The position numbers and the translations under genes were made by a program. A stretch of 62,472 bases of DNA, the filler included, from Nemertoderma westbladi (lineage: Eukaryota; Animalia; Xenacoelomorpha): the NCBI GenBank assembly GCA_032718475.1. It is 4 parts of 4 records of this genome, joined end to end, with 100 filler letters (N's around TTAATTAATTAA, not from the genome) between each part and the next. Parts side by side here need not be neighbours in the genome. Positions count along the whole stretch, not along the records: positions 36,026 to 52,995 come from JAUCBJ010002618.1; 3 more parts are not named here. One strand, given 5' to 3'. The stretch's first letter is position 1. Each line of letters begins with the position of its first letter. The notes below the pieces were generated by a model. It searched no databases, was not told the DNA's origin, and was given only the letters and a program-made list of their open reading frames with translations. Shown here in pieces: positions 39,613 through 51,487 of this stretch.

Positions 39613-40300
39613 TATACAGTAGAGTTCAAAATCAAAACAACATTTATGGATAGCTTTAAAATTGCAAAGTAATTCAGGTATAAATACTGACTACTGACAG
39701 TTAAAGTAATGACGATTTCCTATTTTCGTTCCAATCCTAATGCAGTTATGTTTAGTAAACTGATTAATTGGTTATTCAATTTAATAAAAATTTATATAAA
39801 ATGAAATACAAATAAAGGTAAGTCTAAGTACTGAACAATTTCCAAATACTTTGCATTTCTGACGGTAATATTTCCAGGTACATCTTTAATCTGTGCCGCT
39901 ATGCGAGTCGTGTTAGTGCACCAGTTCGATTCGTCAATGCCGATTTTATTGTTAAGCTGTGCCCACTACCCAACGAAAATTACAAAGTACAGACAGTTTG
40001 GAACAACATAATAATATGGTACTCGTACGTTAGAAGAGATAGATAGAACCAACATACTAAATACAAAACAAACAAACAATACAGTATAATGGATAAAGCC
40101 TATATTGCGGCCAATTACAGTATATGGTTAGAATTAAATTACTGTAATGTACAGTAAGAACTACAGAAGACTACAATATGAAATTATTCTTTTTTAGCAT
40201 TACAGCATTAGAAGAGTACAAAACTGTAGGCTGTACCTGGACCTACTTGTTTAATTATTTTTAATTATTGCTTGAAACTCGCTTACTCGTACTTCTTGTC

Positions 40301-41668
40301 ATGTTATCAACAAGTCTGGTTACATCGTCGTTAAGAGAGGCCGCATGCAGAAATACAATACGGTCAACAGCTGGTCTCAAGAAATTCATACATTCCAGTC
40401 CAAGCAAACTGAATTTACTACGAACCAACGCAATTATTTCAACAAGTATTAGTAATTTAAGCACCAGTAGTGGATTGCGTGGCAACTCTGGGACTATGGA
40501 TGTACCCCCTCCCCCTAGTCTGGGGACACCAATACAGAACATTGTGCCATGGAAGCAGTTAATGGGTCCGGGACCCACAAACATACACGAGCGAGTGTTA
40601 CTGGCTGGTTCACTGCCGCTGGTGGGCCATCTACATAAAGAGTTCACCCAGATAATGGATGAAGTTAAAGAGGGGATCCAATACGCATTCCAGACGGATA
40701 ATCCCTGCAGCTTGGCTGTGAGTGGTACCGGTCACGCCGCTATGGAAACCATGATGACTAACGTTCTAGAACGCGGGGACGTGTTGCTCGTGGCGATGCA
40801 GGGTATCTGGGGAGAGAGGGCGTCGGCTCTGGCGGAACGACAAGGAGCCAAAGTCGCTCAAATCGTAAAGAAACCCGGCGAGGTATTCAGTCTGGCTGAG
40901 TTGGATGCGGCGTTGACGGAACACAAACCGGCCGCATTCTTCGTCGCCCATAGCGAGTCCTCCAGTGGCTTTATGCAGCCGCTAGAGGGCATAGGGGAGT
41001 TATGCCGCAAACATAATTGTTTGTTTTTAGTTGATACCGTGGCTAGTTTAGGGAGTACTCCCTTTTACGCAGACCGCCTGGGTTGCGATGTCGTTTATAC
41101 TGGTTCGCAGAAGGCGCTCGGCTGTCCTCCCGGCGTCTGTCCCATCACGTTCAATAAGCGCGCGCTCTCCAAGGTGCGGTCCAGGGCAACCCCACCCCAT
41201 TCCTACTACTTCGATATCTGCGAGTTGGCTAACTACTGGGCAGTCCCGGGCTACGGGGAGGCTCGTAAGTACCATCATACGGCGCCCATATCCACGGTCT
41301 ACCAGCTGCGCGAGGCCTTGTCTATGCTCGCCGAGGAGGGGTTGGCCGCCAGCTGGGAGCGGCACACGGCTGCCTCGCGGCAACTCCAACAGGGAGTCGA
41401 GGCCATGGGACTGCGGATGTTCGTGGAGAATCCGGAACACAGACTCCCCGGGATCAACGCGATCCGAGTGCCGGACGGAGTCGACTGGAAGAGAGTCGTC
41501 GACCGTTGTATGAGCGAGTCGCGACTCGAGATCAGCGGGGGTCTAGGGCCCACCGCGGGTAAGATATGGCGAGTAGGTGTCCTAGGGGTGAACGCCAACC
41601 CTGTACGCATCCAACGGACCTTAGACGCGTTGGCTGACGCACTGAAACAAGAGAACTGGAAGGCTTAA
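40301..41668 (+). CDS. AGXT: Alanine-glyoxylate / serine-pyruvate aminotransferase (class V PLP enzyme), intronless
   Basis: Motifs LMGPGPTN, SGTGHAAME, HSESSSG, VDTVASLG, PLP-lysine TGSQKAL, YHHTAP and ISGGLG. First ATG at 40301; second ATG at 40496. Confidence 0.93.
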   Translation: MLSTSLVTSSLREAACRNTIRSTAGLKKFIHSSPSKLNLLRTNAIISTSISNLSTSSGLRGNSGTMDVPPPPSLGTPIQNIVPWKQLMGPGPTNIHERVLLAGSLPLVGHLHKEFTQIMDEVKEGIQYAFQTDNPCSLAVSGTGHAAMETMMTNVLERGDVLLVAMQGIWGERASALAERQGAKVAQIVKKPGEVFSLAELDAALTEHKPAAFFVAHSESSSGFMQPLEGIGELCRKHNCLFLVDTVASLGSTPFYADRLGCDVVYTGSQKALGCPPGVCPITFNKRALSKVRSRATPPHSYYFDICELANYWAVPGYGEARKYHHTAPISTVYQLREALSMLAEEGLAASWERHTAASRQLQQGVEAMGLRMFVENPEHRLPGINAIRVPDGVDWKRVVDRCMSESRLEISGGLGPTAGKIWRVGVLGVNANPVRIQRTLDALADALKQENWKA

Positions 41669-42437
41669 TATCTATGTATTACTTTTTATTATGGTAATTC
41701 AAATCATGCGACAGTGATGGTACGGTACGGTAAATAGATAGTTAAAGATTAATTGTGGTCATTGATTAGTTTAAACGAATCTGATGCGTATTTGTTCGGT
41801 GCAGGAATTACCTAAATGTGAACCTAATAGTTCTCTATAATAATAATTTGTCATTAGTTTATCAAATTATTGATTGTAATTTTTTGTGTAATTATCGTTA
41901 TTGTCAATGTATTGTGTTTATAAACTGGAAATAAACATTTTATTTTATTGCGCATTCAAAATTCATTGCCCCTTAGTAAAAACGCGCCACTGTAACCTGC
42001 TAGTTTTCCTTAATAATTGTTAATTTAACGTTGAGACAGATTCTATGACGTCGGCTGTCTGTTGCTAGCCATCCTCCCACCTTGCGATTACATACAGATT
42101 GTCGCAAAATTCAAAATCCCCAATATTCATAGAAGAAATTTTCACTTTTAAAGTGGTGCAAAGGAATGCCGCTGAATTAAAAGCAGCAACCTCGTTGTTT
42201 AGAGAACAGGTTCGGTTTCGGTTTCAGTTCGAATAAACAAAACATGTTAATTTCAGTAAAGATATAGTTTCATTTCCAGTTTCATAAATTTTCGCAACTT
42301 AAAATAAAATAAATAACAAGATGCCGTGGCCAATCGTTTCGTAGTGACTTGGAAAGTCACCTACCGATGGACCCCCACTGACTGACATTTATTTACCTTT
42401 CCTAAAATAACAGTAATTTATGGTGGCCCTGAGCGGC

Positions 42438-42620
42438 CAGTTTTGTAATCTTTTTTTGTTCCCCCGACTTTTTCAAACGAACGACTCGGGGAAACAAATC
42501 TATTTGGCTGGAGTGGTTTCTATAACAACAAAAACCCAATCAAGTTTGTTTCCCCGACTTTTGCAAACTTGTTCGAACGAATTTGCAAAAGTCGGGAGAA
42601 CAAAAAAAAGATTACAAAAA
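42438..42620. repeat. Nested inverted repeat (MITE-like hairpin)
   Basis: ttttgtaatctttttttgttcccccgactttt pairs with aaaagtcgggagaacaaaaaaaagattacaaaa. Inner hairpins are present. Confidence 0.6.
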
Positions 42621-43198
42621 ACAACCCTTTGTTAAAAGTAGTAAATAGTATAATTATTGAAAATAATAAAAAATACCTTCTTTCTAATACTTTCTTTTAT
42701 TTTTTTATTGAATAATTAATAATTTATCTTAATAATTTAATACAATAAAGCAAATCAATAAAAAATTTAAATAGTATTTAGTTACAAATTATTTGTATAT
42801 TTATTCCCAATTTATTAATTATACTTTCAATTTCAAATGTTGCTGAACAATCAGTTCTAGTTCAATTATTCCAAAATATCAAGATAAAACAAATTAAGTT
42901 CCAGTTCAGAAAAAATTCCAAAAACAATTTCAGTTCCAGTTCGCAACACTAGTTAGTATTTACTGACTAATTAAAAGGAGCGAGTAATTTCAACGACCTA
43001 AATAAAGTTCAACCCACCTGAAATAAAGCTCTCGATAAAAGCATTATATATCAAAAATGTATCAAATATAATAAAGACATTTGAAATAACTGTGTAGTCA
43101 TACTAAATCCTATTAATTAATAAAGAGAGAGTTACATCGTTAAATGTCAAAAAACAGTTTATATTAATATATTATTATATAGTAAATGTATATTGTAC

Positions 43199-43921
43199 TT
43201 AATTTCCAGTGAACATATTGATTATGGATTGCGGCGTATCTTCGTCAACGTTCCAATCACTCTCGTTGTAAATCTTCCACTCAGACAAGCAATCATCTCG
43301 TTGCCTCCACTTCCGGGTTACTGGCATCGTTTTGTGTCGCTCAAATTCTGCAACAACGACTTCAGAAAGGTCTAGAGATTCAAATACGTTATTGGGTATG
43401 ACCAACTCCCATTCATGTTCAGTTTCACGTACGATTAACACGGTGTTCAACATGCCTAAGTTCTCCATTAAGCCAATCTCGGCATCCAATTCGAGGATCT
43501 GCTTTATAATGCTCGCCTTGGAATCACCACGTTCTCCGGAAATCATTTCATTTTTCTCCAAATCATTGACAAATATAGTTTGTAGGGATTCCGGTTGTAC
43601 AACATGGCATTTCACCAGCTGAGCGAACATATATCCCTGATCCCAGCGATAATTTAGGCTTCCTACCGAATGATTCGATGTGAACTGTAGGTAGATAGAG
43701 TTACCCCAGTCCGAATGGCCACCCTTTCTACACCCCGGCTGTTTCTGCCACTTGTTCTGGTACTGTCTAACCGACGTTTCGTCACCAATTACTTTAAACA
43801 CATCGGTATTGCGATAATCAAAGTTAATTCTTCGAATAAACATCGTGAGAAAAAGGATAAAAGTTAACAGTACCAAGTCAATTAATAGATGAATACAACT
43901 ATAATAAAGGACTATCTGCAT
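43199..43921 (-). CDS. Hypothetical 240-aa protein with an N-terminal hydrophobic anchor
   Basis: Uninterrupted 240-codon ATG ORF in AT-rich DNA, with TM-like IHLLIDLVLLTFILFLTMFI. No family recognised. Confidence 0.6.
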   Translation of the reverse strand: MQIVLYYSCIHLLIDLVLLTFILFLTMFIRRINFDYRNTDVFKVIGDETSVRQYQNKWQKQPGCRKGGHSDWGNSIYLQFTSNHSVGSLNYRWDQGYMFAQLVKCHVVQPESLQTIFVNDLEKNEMISGERGDSKASIIKQILELDAEIGLMENLGMLNTVLIVRETEHEWELVIPNNVFESLDLSEVVVAEFERHKTMPVTRKWRQRDDCLSEWKIYNESDWNVDEDTPQSIINMFTGN

Positions 43922-44000
43922 ACCTTCAGCATGTGAAACACTATATTAATTGTGCGTAACGCTGTAACGGCCACAGGGAATATTAATACAACTCCGTGAG

Positions 44001-44285
44001 TTAGTCAGTATTTATGGAACTTTTGGTATTAGGCCTATTCGGTAATTCAAAGTTTGGAAATCCAAGATTTTGCATTTCATCTTCAACCATTAAATGATTG
44101 TCCATCCTGCACTTGAGATAATTACCAGCGAGTTGATGGCACTGTTTGTTTTCGTAATGGTTACTCGCCATACAATGTAAGTATCGGAGCACTTCGAGTT
44201 TACATTCGTCGTGACGGTCTAAAGGAAAACTTCCTCTGTCCGGTGGCGTAACAATAATCGCCTTGTTTCGACCGGGGTTACTCAT
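44001..44285 (-). CDS. COX19: Cytochrome c oxidase assembly factor COX19 (twin CX9C)
   Basis: Signature PPDRGSFPLD, two CX9C motifs, CRMDNHLM and LGF. ATG at 44285. Confidence 0.93.
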   Translation of the reverse strand: MSNPGRNKAIIVTPPDRGSFPLDRHDECKLEVLRYLHCMASNHYENKQCHQLAGNYLKCRMDNHLMVEDEMQNLGFPNFELPNRPNTKSSINTD

Positions 44286-46800
44286 CAAGCTTTTGTTCCA
44301 AATGATACTAATATCAATAGTTCTGTAGTTAGAAGAGTGTACAGATGGTAGATGGCAGGTGGTACCGGTAAGAAATAATAAAAAAATCTCAATAAAGTAT
44401 TATTTGTGCAGTAACTTACTTTACCTACCGGCCCTATACTGCTATAAGTACAAAATGTTGATATTACTTTCTACAGTACAGTACAGTACCGGTATGTGTG
44501 TGTAGGCCTACAACTGTAGGCCTATATTTCAGTTTAGGATGAATATCTGAGGTTGATTAGTCTTCAGTCCAGATGCCCCTTGTCAGAAATCGTGGTCTAA
44601 ACGACAATATTATCTAAATATTATATTTCGCTTCGAAAAATAATTTAAAGTAATTGAAAAATAATTGAAAATTGAAAAGTAATTTCTGTATGACCTCAGA
44701 TATTGCATTGTTTTGCAAGAAATCTGGACAATAATGCAAAAATTTGGAACCTTTGCATGGCCTGCTTTCCAACAGTACCAACTAATCACTATAAAGTTGA
44801 AGAATAACCGCGGTGTAACTGGTTCAATATCGGCAGGGACACTTTACCAAATGCTTGTACTATACTGTAGTTAAAAATTGAAAGCGAAAATAATAACAAC
44901 TGTACTGTATATATAAAAGCTTTTTATTCTTAAGTGGTTACTTCATCGCTCGAATATACCCCAAAATCAGGTAAAGAATGAGTAGGCAAAGTAACCCATA
45001 GGATGATTGCAAAAAAAAGTTAAATAAGAAAATACGAAAATATTTGCTGGTGGAATTTTTTAAATTTTACTCATGTGTTCAAAGGACATCGAAATTGAAA
45101 AGGCTTTCACGTAATTTGACCAAAATCCATACACACACTCAAAAGTTATTGCGATTTTAGTGTCCGCAAGGCGTACTCCAAAAAAAAAAAGTAAAAATGC
45201 GCTGTTGCACATTATTACTGTTCATTTTTTTTACTTTACTTTACTTTATAGTAGAAATACTTACAGTTCAATTTATTTCGTAACACTATATCGTTCTATC
45301 TTTTCTACAATTTTAAGCAACAAAAAGTACCAATTTAAGAATAACTTAGGGGAGTTTTGTACAGGCATCCAAATTTTTTTTCAATTTTTTTTCCTCTTTC
45401 ATCTAGAGCAAATTTTTATCAAGATTCCAAATTTAAAAACCGTTTAGCACTGACCTGTCTTACTTCTCGAGATATGGCTGTCTGTCCGATTGACCGTCGG
45501 TTTGTCCGTCAGTATGTCTGTCCGCCAATAAAAAGCAAACTATCTGTCTAAAAAATTCCCTATATGGGTATTCGTGGTCGGTGACTTCATTTCTGATGTC
45601 AATATTCAAATTTGGCCTAGTTGTTTCTGTCTGTATGCCTGTCAGTCTGTCCGTAAAAATATAACCGACAGACTGACTGCCAAACATACAATTTTGAAGT
45701 CATCAAATGTTAAATCTGACAATTGAAATGAATTCTGCAACTAGGAAAACCCCTCTAGCTAAACTTTTAACTAGATTGTATGCCCTTTTCTTATATTTGA
45801 CGAATAGATTATGTCGTATAGTCCGAAAGACCGACAGACATACATACAGAGAAACAAGATTTCATTAAAAGTGAAAACTGACCTCAGAAATGAAATCAGC
45901 GTCCAGGAAAACCCCATAGCAAAAATTAGGTTTTGTGCTTTCATTTTGCTAGGTATATATTGACAGACATTATTATATAATAAAAGACAGTTTTTACGCG
46001 GGAAGTTTCAAATGTTAACTGTATTTTTCTCAAAATGAGTTTTTTAGAATTCTTTCGGCACATTTTTCTCAGCTGCCATTTGAGTTATAGACTTGAAAAT
46101 TTCTCACTAGAATCACTTTATTCTAGAATATTAATTACTATTTAGTGGGGCCTTTAAAACTCTGAATCTTGTTTCTTCATTATGCATAATTAATATTCTA
46201 GAATTGAATAAAAAAAACATTAGAACTGCCATAATTTAATCTTCTACACAGTCTGTTAGAAGGTGTTAATTTGTTGAAGTGGTCAAAAAGTCTAAAAACA
46301 TTTAGGATCTTCTGCGCGTAATGGCAAAAACTGCTAAAAGCTGTTAGGATTTTCTGCCATAGCGTAAAATAGTACTTTGCTACATACTTATTGGCTGTTA
46401 TGCCATAATTGAATAACTTTTTACTGATTATCTCCATCTATTAGCTGTTTTTTCCAAGTGAAAGAGCGCATTCGATTCTACAGTATAATATTCAATCAAA
46501 CCTCAATTTGACAAAAATATCACTTGGCCAGTTTTTCCAGAATCGCGATATCATAGAAGTAGGATATATTGATTGGGCGGTATTGCATTTGTTGTAGGCC
46601 CTATACGATGGTTTGCATGTTGGGATATACGAATAAGGACTATTATTCGATAAAAAAAAAAGTAAGCGGAAAATACCGCTTTTTTTCACTCATTTTCAAT
46701 TTAGCGATATTCAACTATTCTGTCTGAGTGGTTGAGTTTTACACGAGTTGGCAGGTTTTTAGGACAAGCGAAGCGAGTGTTAAAATGCCAACGAGTCTAA

Positions 46801-47565
46801 TACTACTACTACTACTACTAGGTCGAGCGAACTCGGACAGTGGAAATAAGATCCTTCCAGGCTTCCTGATTCTCCATAGTTGTCGCAATTTCGTTTCTCC
46901 CAAGTTCTGTATCCCTTTCAAGTTGATCTATATATGTTATGGCCGGTCGTCCACGACCACGCTTTCCATTAGTTGGTTGCCAGAGAAGTAGATCTGGTAT
47001 GACCTCGTCTTTACTTCGCCAGCAGTGCCCACTGAATCTTAATCTGCGTTCACAGAGGGTGGTTGATACAGGTGGTATTGTACCGTAAAGCTCGGCGTTT
47101 GTCATGTGTTGTCTCCAGCTGATGTTTAGGGCTGCCCTTAGTAGTCTTGTGTAGCAACTATCAATTCATTGTTCAAGAGATTTAGTCAGTGTCCAGGTCT
47201 CTCCTCCGTATAAAAATACACTTTCCACTGTGGCTCGAAAGAACTTAGTTTTCAGATGCCTGGAGAGATCTGATTTCCAGATGGTATCCATTTTATGTCA
47301 AGCAAGCATTTTATGCTACCCAAGCCGTTGCTTTCCTAACTTCTATGTCCTTTTTGCTACTCTCTATCCATGATCCTAGGTACTGGAAGTCATCGACCTT
47401 CCTTAGTTGATTATTATCAATGGTTGTCAAGTTTCCATCAACATTAAAAGTCATGAATTCGGTCTTGGTAGCATTTATATGCAATTCAACCTCCTTAGCA
47501 GCCCTCTCCACTTTATTTAGTAGAAGCTGTGCATCTGCTAGCGTATTAGAGAGCAGGGCGATGTC
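46801..47565 (-). mobile_element. 5'-truncated RTE-like LINE family A, copy 2
   Basis: Matches 1361-2097. (TAG)n tail. Flanked by duplicated ACGAGTCTAATACTACTA (46791 and 47566). Confidence 0.9.
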
Positions 47566-47575
47566 ACGAGTCTAA

Positions 47576-49410
47576 TACTACTACTAGGATCGGCATGCTG
47601 CATTGCAGCTGCATTTTTAAGAATGCTGTGCCGGCTTATCGACAAAATTGCACCGCCACAACCCCCTATCACCCATGACATTTGCTAGATCATCCGCATC
47701 TTCAAGGCCAGTGTCCTTTAAGATGCGTCTCAAGAAAGTCATGGGCTGTCCACCATGCTTATTCACTCCATGAGGCTGCCAAAGTACAAGATTATGCACT
47801 GGCTGGTCCTCACGGCGAAAGCAATGTCCTGCAAAGCGGAGGCAATTTTGTTCTAGTGTCAAGCTTGGTGGAACCAATGATACACCTCCAATGTTATATA
47901 GTGTCTGGTTGGAGATGTGTGCATTGTACTTGACACAATGAACCCGGCGTAGCATTCTTGTGAATGTGCCATCCAGAGATTTGGTGTCCTCAGCAGTTAG
48001 AGCCCAGCATGGACTCCCATAGAGGAGTACTGGAACTACTGCTGCTCTAAATAACCGGACCTTAAGTTTCCGATTAATTCTCGGTGACTTCCAAATCCTG
48101 GAAAGCCTATTCAAGGCTGCCCATGCCTTTCCCTTACGTATTCGAAGGTCCTCACCTGACTTCCGGATCCATGATCCCAGGTAACAGAAGTCATCCACAT
48201 GCTCAAGCATACCATCTTTTGAACTTATGCTCATCCGATCAGACAGAGACTTGCTGAGGACTTTCAAAGTTAACTGTCAAAATTTTGGTCTTTCTGGAGT
48301 TAATAAAAAGACCAACACTAGAAGCAGCATGTTCTAATGAGCTGAGGAGCCGTTGGGCTCCCTCTAGTGATTCTGAGAGTACTCCTAAGTCATCAGCAAA
48401 GTCTAGATCAGTTAGGTTCTTGGCAGGATTTCCTCGACTTCTGGAGCCAGTAGGTGGAGTTATCGTCACCCCATCATCATTATAATGATCTAAGGACATG
48501 CGTAGAACATAGTCAACAACAATTATGAGCAAGAATGGTGCAAGTGTGTCTCCCTGGAGGACGCCCCATAACACTTCAAATGGTTCTGTGTCACCGTCAA
48601 CAGTAGACACAAATGTTGTCGAACCATCGTATACTGATCTGATTGCTGCAATAATTTCATCAGGAATCCCATATAATGAAAGTATGCTGAACATACGTGA
48701 GCGAGAGACTGAATCAAGGGCCTTGAAGAAGTCAACAAAGATAACAGCCAGATGCCTGTCTTTCTTTTTTGATAACTCTTCAATCTGTCAATTATCCTTC
48801 TAAGTGCCAAAATGGGCTCCATGGTCCCACGACCTTTACGGAACCCATTCTGATTTCCACGGAGCAGTCTCTCAATGGTATCCCTGATGCGATTTAATAG
48901 ACTCCTATTGTATAGCTTTGCAGCAATCGAGATCAATGAGATTCCCCGAAAAGAACCATAGAGTGTTAGAGGTTGCCCTTCTTGGGAACTGGCACCAACT
49001 TATTTGTTTTCATTTCTTGTGGGACTCTTGTTGTTCGGTACATGTCTACTATGATGGGATAGATGAGCTTTAAACACTCAGGTATTTTAAAGACCTCAGG
49101 GGGAACACCATCTACTCCACTGGCACGATTGGTCTTAATGCTCTTTGCAGCAGCCTTCACTTCTGCCAAAGGAGATATCGCCAATGGGAATATCTGGGAG
49201 TACAGACTCAGACACTTTTACTTCTACAAAGTTATCAGGCAATACCCTGTCATTATTGAGGAGCTTTTCAAAGTGGGCTTTCCAACCATTGAGGCGATCG
49301 GCTGGTGATTCAGCCTTAACCTTGGTGGTTGGTTGGCTTTCCCGCCCAGTAAGCAGATTGATCAGAGTAGTACATACATCCTGTTGTCTGGTCTGCTGTC
49401 CTGAGCCTGA
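47576..49410 (-). mobile_element. 5'-truncated RTE-clade LINE family B, frameshifted RT
   Basis: Motifs ASGVDGVPPE, VPVPKKG, QNGFRKGR, GVLQGDTLAPFL, DLDFADDL, FCYLGS and LRFAGHC across ORFs 47617-49413. (TAG)n tail at ~47576-47586. Confidence 0.92.
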
Positions 49411-50125
49411 CATTAGTGTAGCGCAAGCGAGTGGGCCTTCATCAGTTCATTTAATGTTTGTTAGTTTGTATTATACATTGTTGTCACACTACATTTATTA
49501 TCGCCTCTATATATAATTGTGCGTTAGGTAATTTAACATGTTTGTTTGCCCTTTGTCCTGTATCTGAGTTCCGGGTTAGAATCTTCGTTTATCCCACAAT
49601 TTTTTTAACCATTAGATTACCTTACCATGAATATGCTGTGAACAGTCATATCTGCATATACCTGTCGCTGTCAGTTTATTGACTGATGGGGAGGCCGAAG
49701 CCGAACTATTTAAAGTAAAAATCAATTGGGCAGATAATTATAGGTCTGTAGGCCTATTGTACTTCCGACTTCCGTCAGTCCAGCAGTCAGTAGGTCAGTA
49801 GGTCAGCAGGTCTAGAGGTAGCTGCACACACCGGTATTATCGGTAGGCCTAATGTCAGAAGTGTTGCCTGCACAGTCAGTCATTAAGTGCAGTAGCACTA
49901 GTGTCTACCAGCTCTGCTAATTAGCTAGCCTGCCTTTCCGTTTCCCTTCCCTGATCCTGACTCTCAAAATCTACCTATATTACATTTCATTGAAATTACT
50001 CATGCGTGGTGTTAGGGTGCAATTTTGTTTACTTCACGTTCACGTGATGTAATAATAAAGTAATAAACATAATTTAAATGAATGGAGCGACAATATTATT
50101 GTATATAATACAAATGTAATACCGT

Positions 50126-50369
50126 ATTGACGGCCCATGTGAAGAATACCAGGTTTTCACCAAAAATACAGGTTACAGAAGGGCTGAATCTAACCAAAAC
50201 AATAAACAAATTAGTATATGTAGAGGTTATAAGACAGAAATACAGAAATAAGCGATATAAAACACTTAATAAAGATAAATTAAAAAAAATAAAAAATCTT
50301 CATATATAAAATTCCAATAAAAAGTCGACCGAAAAGTGAAATCCTGGTATTCTTCACATGGGCGGTAAT
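50126..50369. mobile_element. Small MITE
   Basis: TIRs GCCCATGTGAAGAATACCAGGtTTTCAC / GTGAAAtCCTGGTATTCTTCACATGGGC. Confidence 0.75.
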
Positions 50370-51487
50370 TGACAGTTTCATATTATAATCTGGAACGTTT
50401 TATAAAAACTTTTTTATAAAAGATTTACATTAAATAGGTATGACCTACAATTGTGCGGTGTAATTCATTTCATAGGCTATTTAAGCATGTTCAATCAAGC
50501 TAATAGGCCTACTATGCTTTAATTTAATTGAATCGTACACTCACCGAGATGGGGAACTAAACTATACTTACTATGCCAGTATGCTATGCACATTGCACAC
50601 TATGCTAACACTGTCAGACTGTGACAATCTGACAGTGTTAGTATAGTTACTATAGTTATATTGGCCTAATATTCCAATATTCCACTCATCTGCTCATTAA
50701 CCACATACAGACATACCGTATTCCATTCCATTAAAAAAATGCCACAAAAATATTTAGGCCCTACTGTTTTTCACACTCACTTTTTGTGTTTTCCACAAAA
50801 TAAGCGTCGAAATTCAAAATTGCCATGTTCGGCTTCGGTTCGACTCCTGTAAATTTTGTTCGGCTCCGGCTGTCCGGCAAAAAATATCATGTTCTGTCGA
50901 GCCCTGGATTATGCCAGGCCAGTATGCTGCTCTATCAGTCTATCACACTACAGGTGCCAGTGCCACTTTTTATATGGAAAGCATACAGCATAGGCTGATA
51001 GGCCTACAGCGTTATTTTACTTGGCTGTCTCGCACTTTCGCTGACTCTCTGACTCTAGTGTGTGTGTGATATCCCCCTTGTTTAATGTTTAATAATGAGG
51101 TGGAGGAAGCAGAAGCTTATTGCACCTGTGCAGACACAGACACCTGTTAGCCTGTGCAGTGTACGATGTACGATCAGACGATAGTACAGTTGTAATTTTG
51201 CTTCACGATCTATTTTAGACTCGTTCTCGGTAGACTGGTAGATAAGATAGGTAGGTAGGCCTACAGAGATAGGCCTATATCAGTATAAACTGCTATGCTA
51301 TGTATTGACATTGTTATTCGTTATTGTAGGCCTACTAAACACTACTGCACTAGGCCTATTTTATAGGCTACCGGTAGGCCTAATTCTACGGTAATTTATA
51401 GTTTTCATTTAGCCACTTTATCTATCTCATAATTTATATTCATATATCATTTCGTGTTTCCCATCTGTTCCCTAAAGACCAACCAAT

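Noticed and set aside
40261-41610. Overlapping and antisense ORFs over AGXT (likewise over coronin and the Pao gag)
   Set aside because: Expected shadow ORFs in GC-rich coding DNA, with no motifs.
13774-41668. SDH plus AGXT as an amino-acid catabolism cluster or horizontal transfer
   Set aside because: They lie on different stitched pieces, and lack of introns is shared with clearly native genes such as coronin and COX19.
44900-46790. Probable patchwork of non-autonomous DNA elements
   Set aside because: Repeat-like motifs and local inverted repeats are visible, but no termini or TSDs could be fixed.
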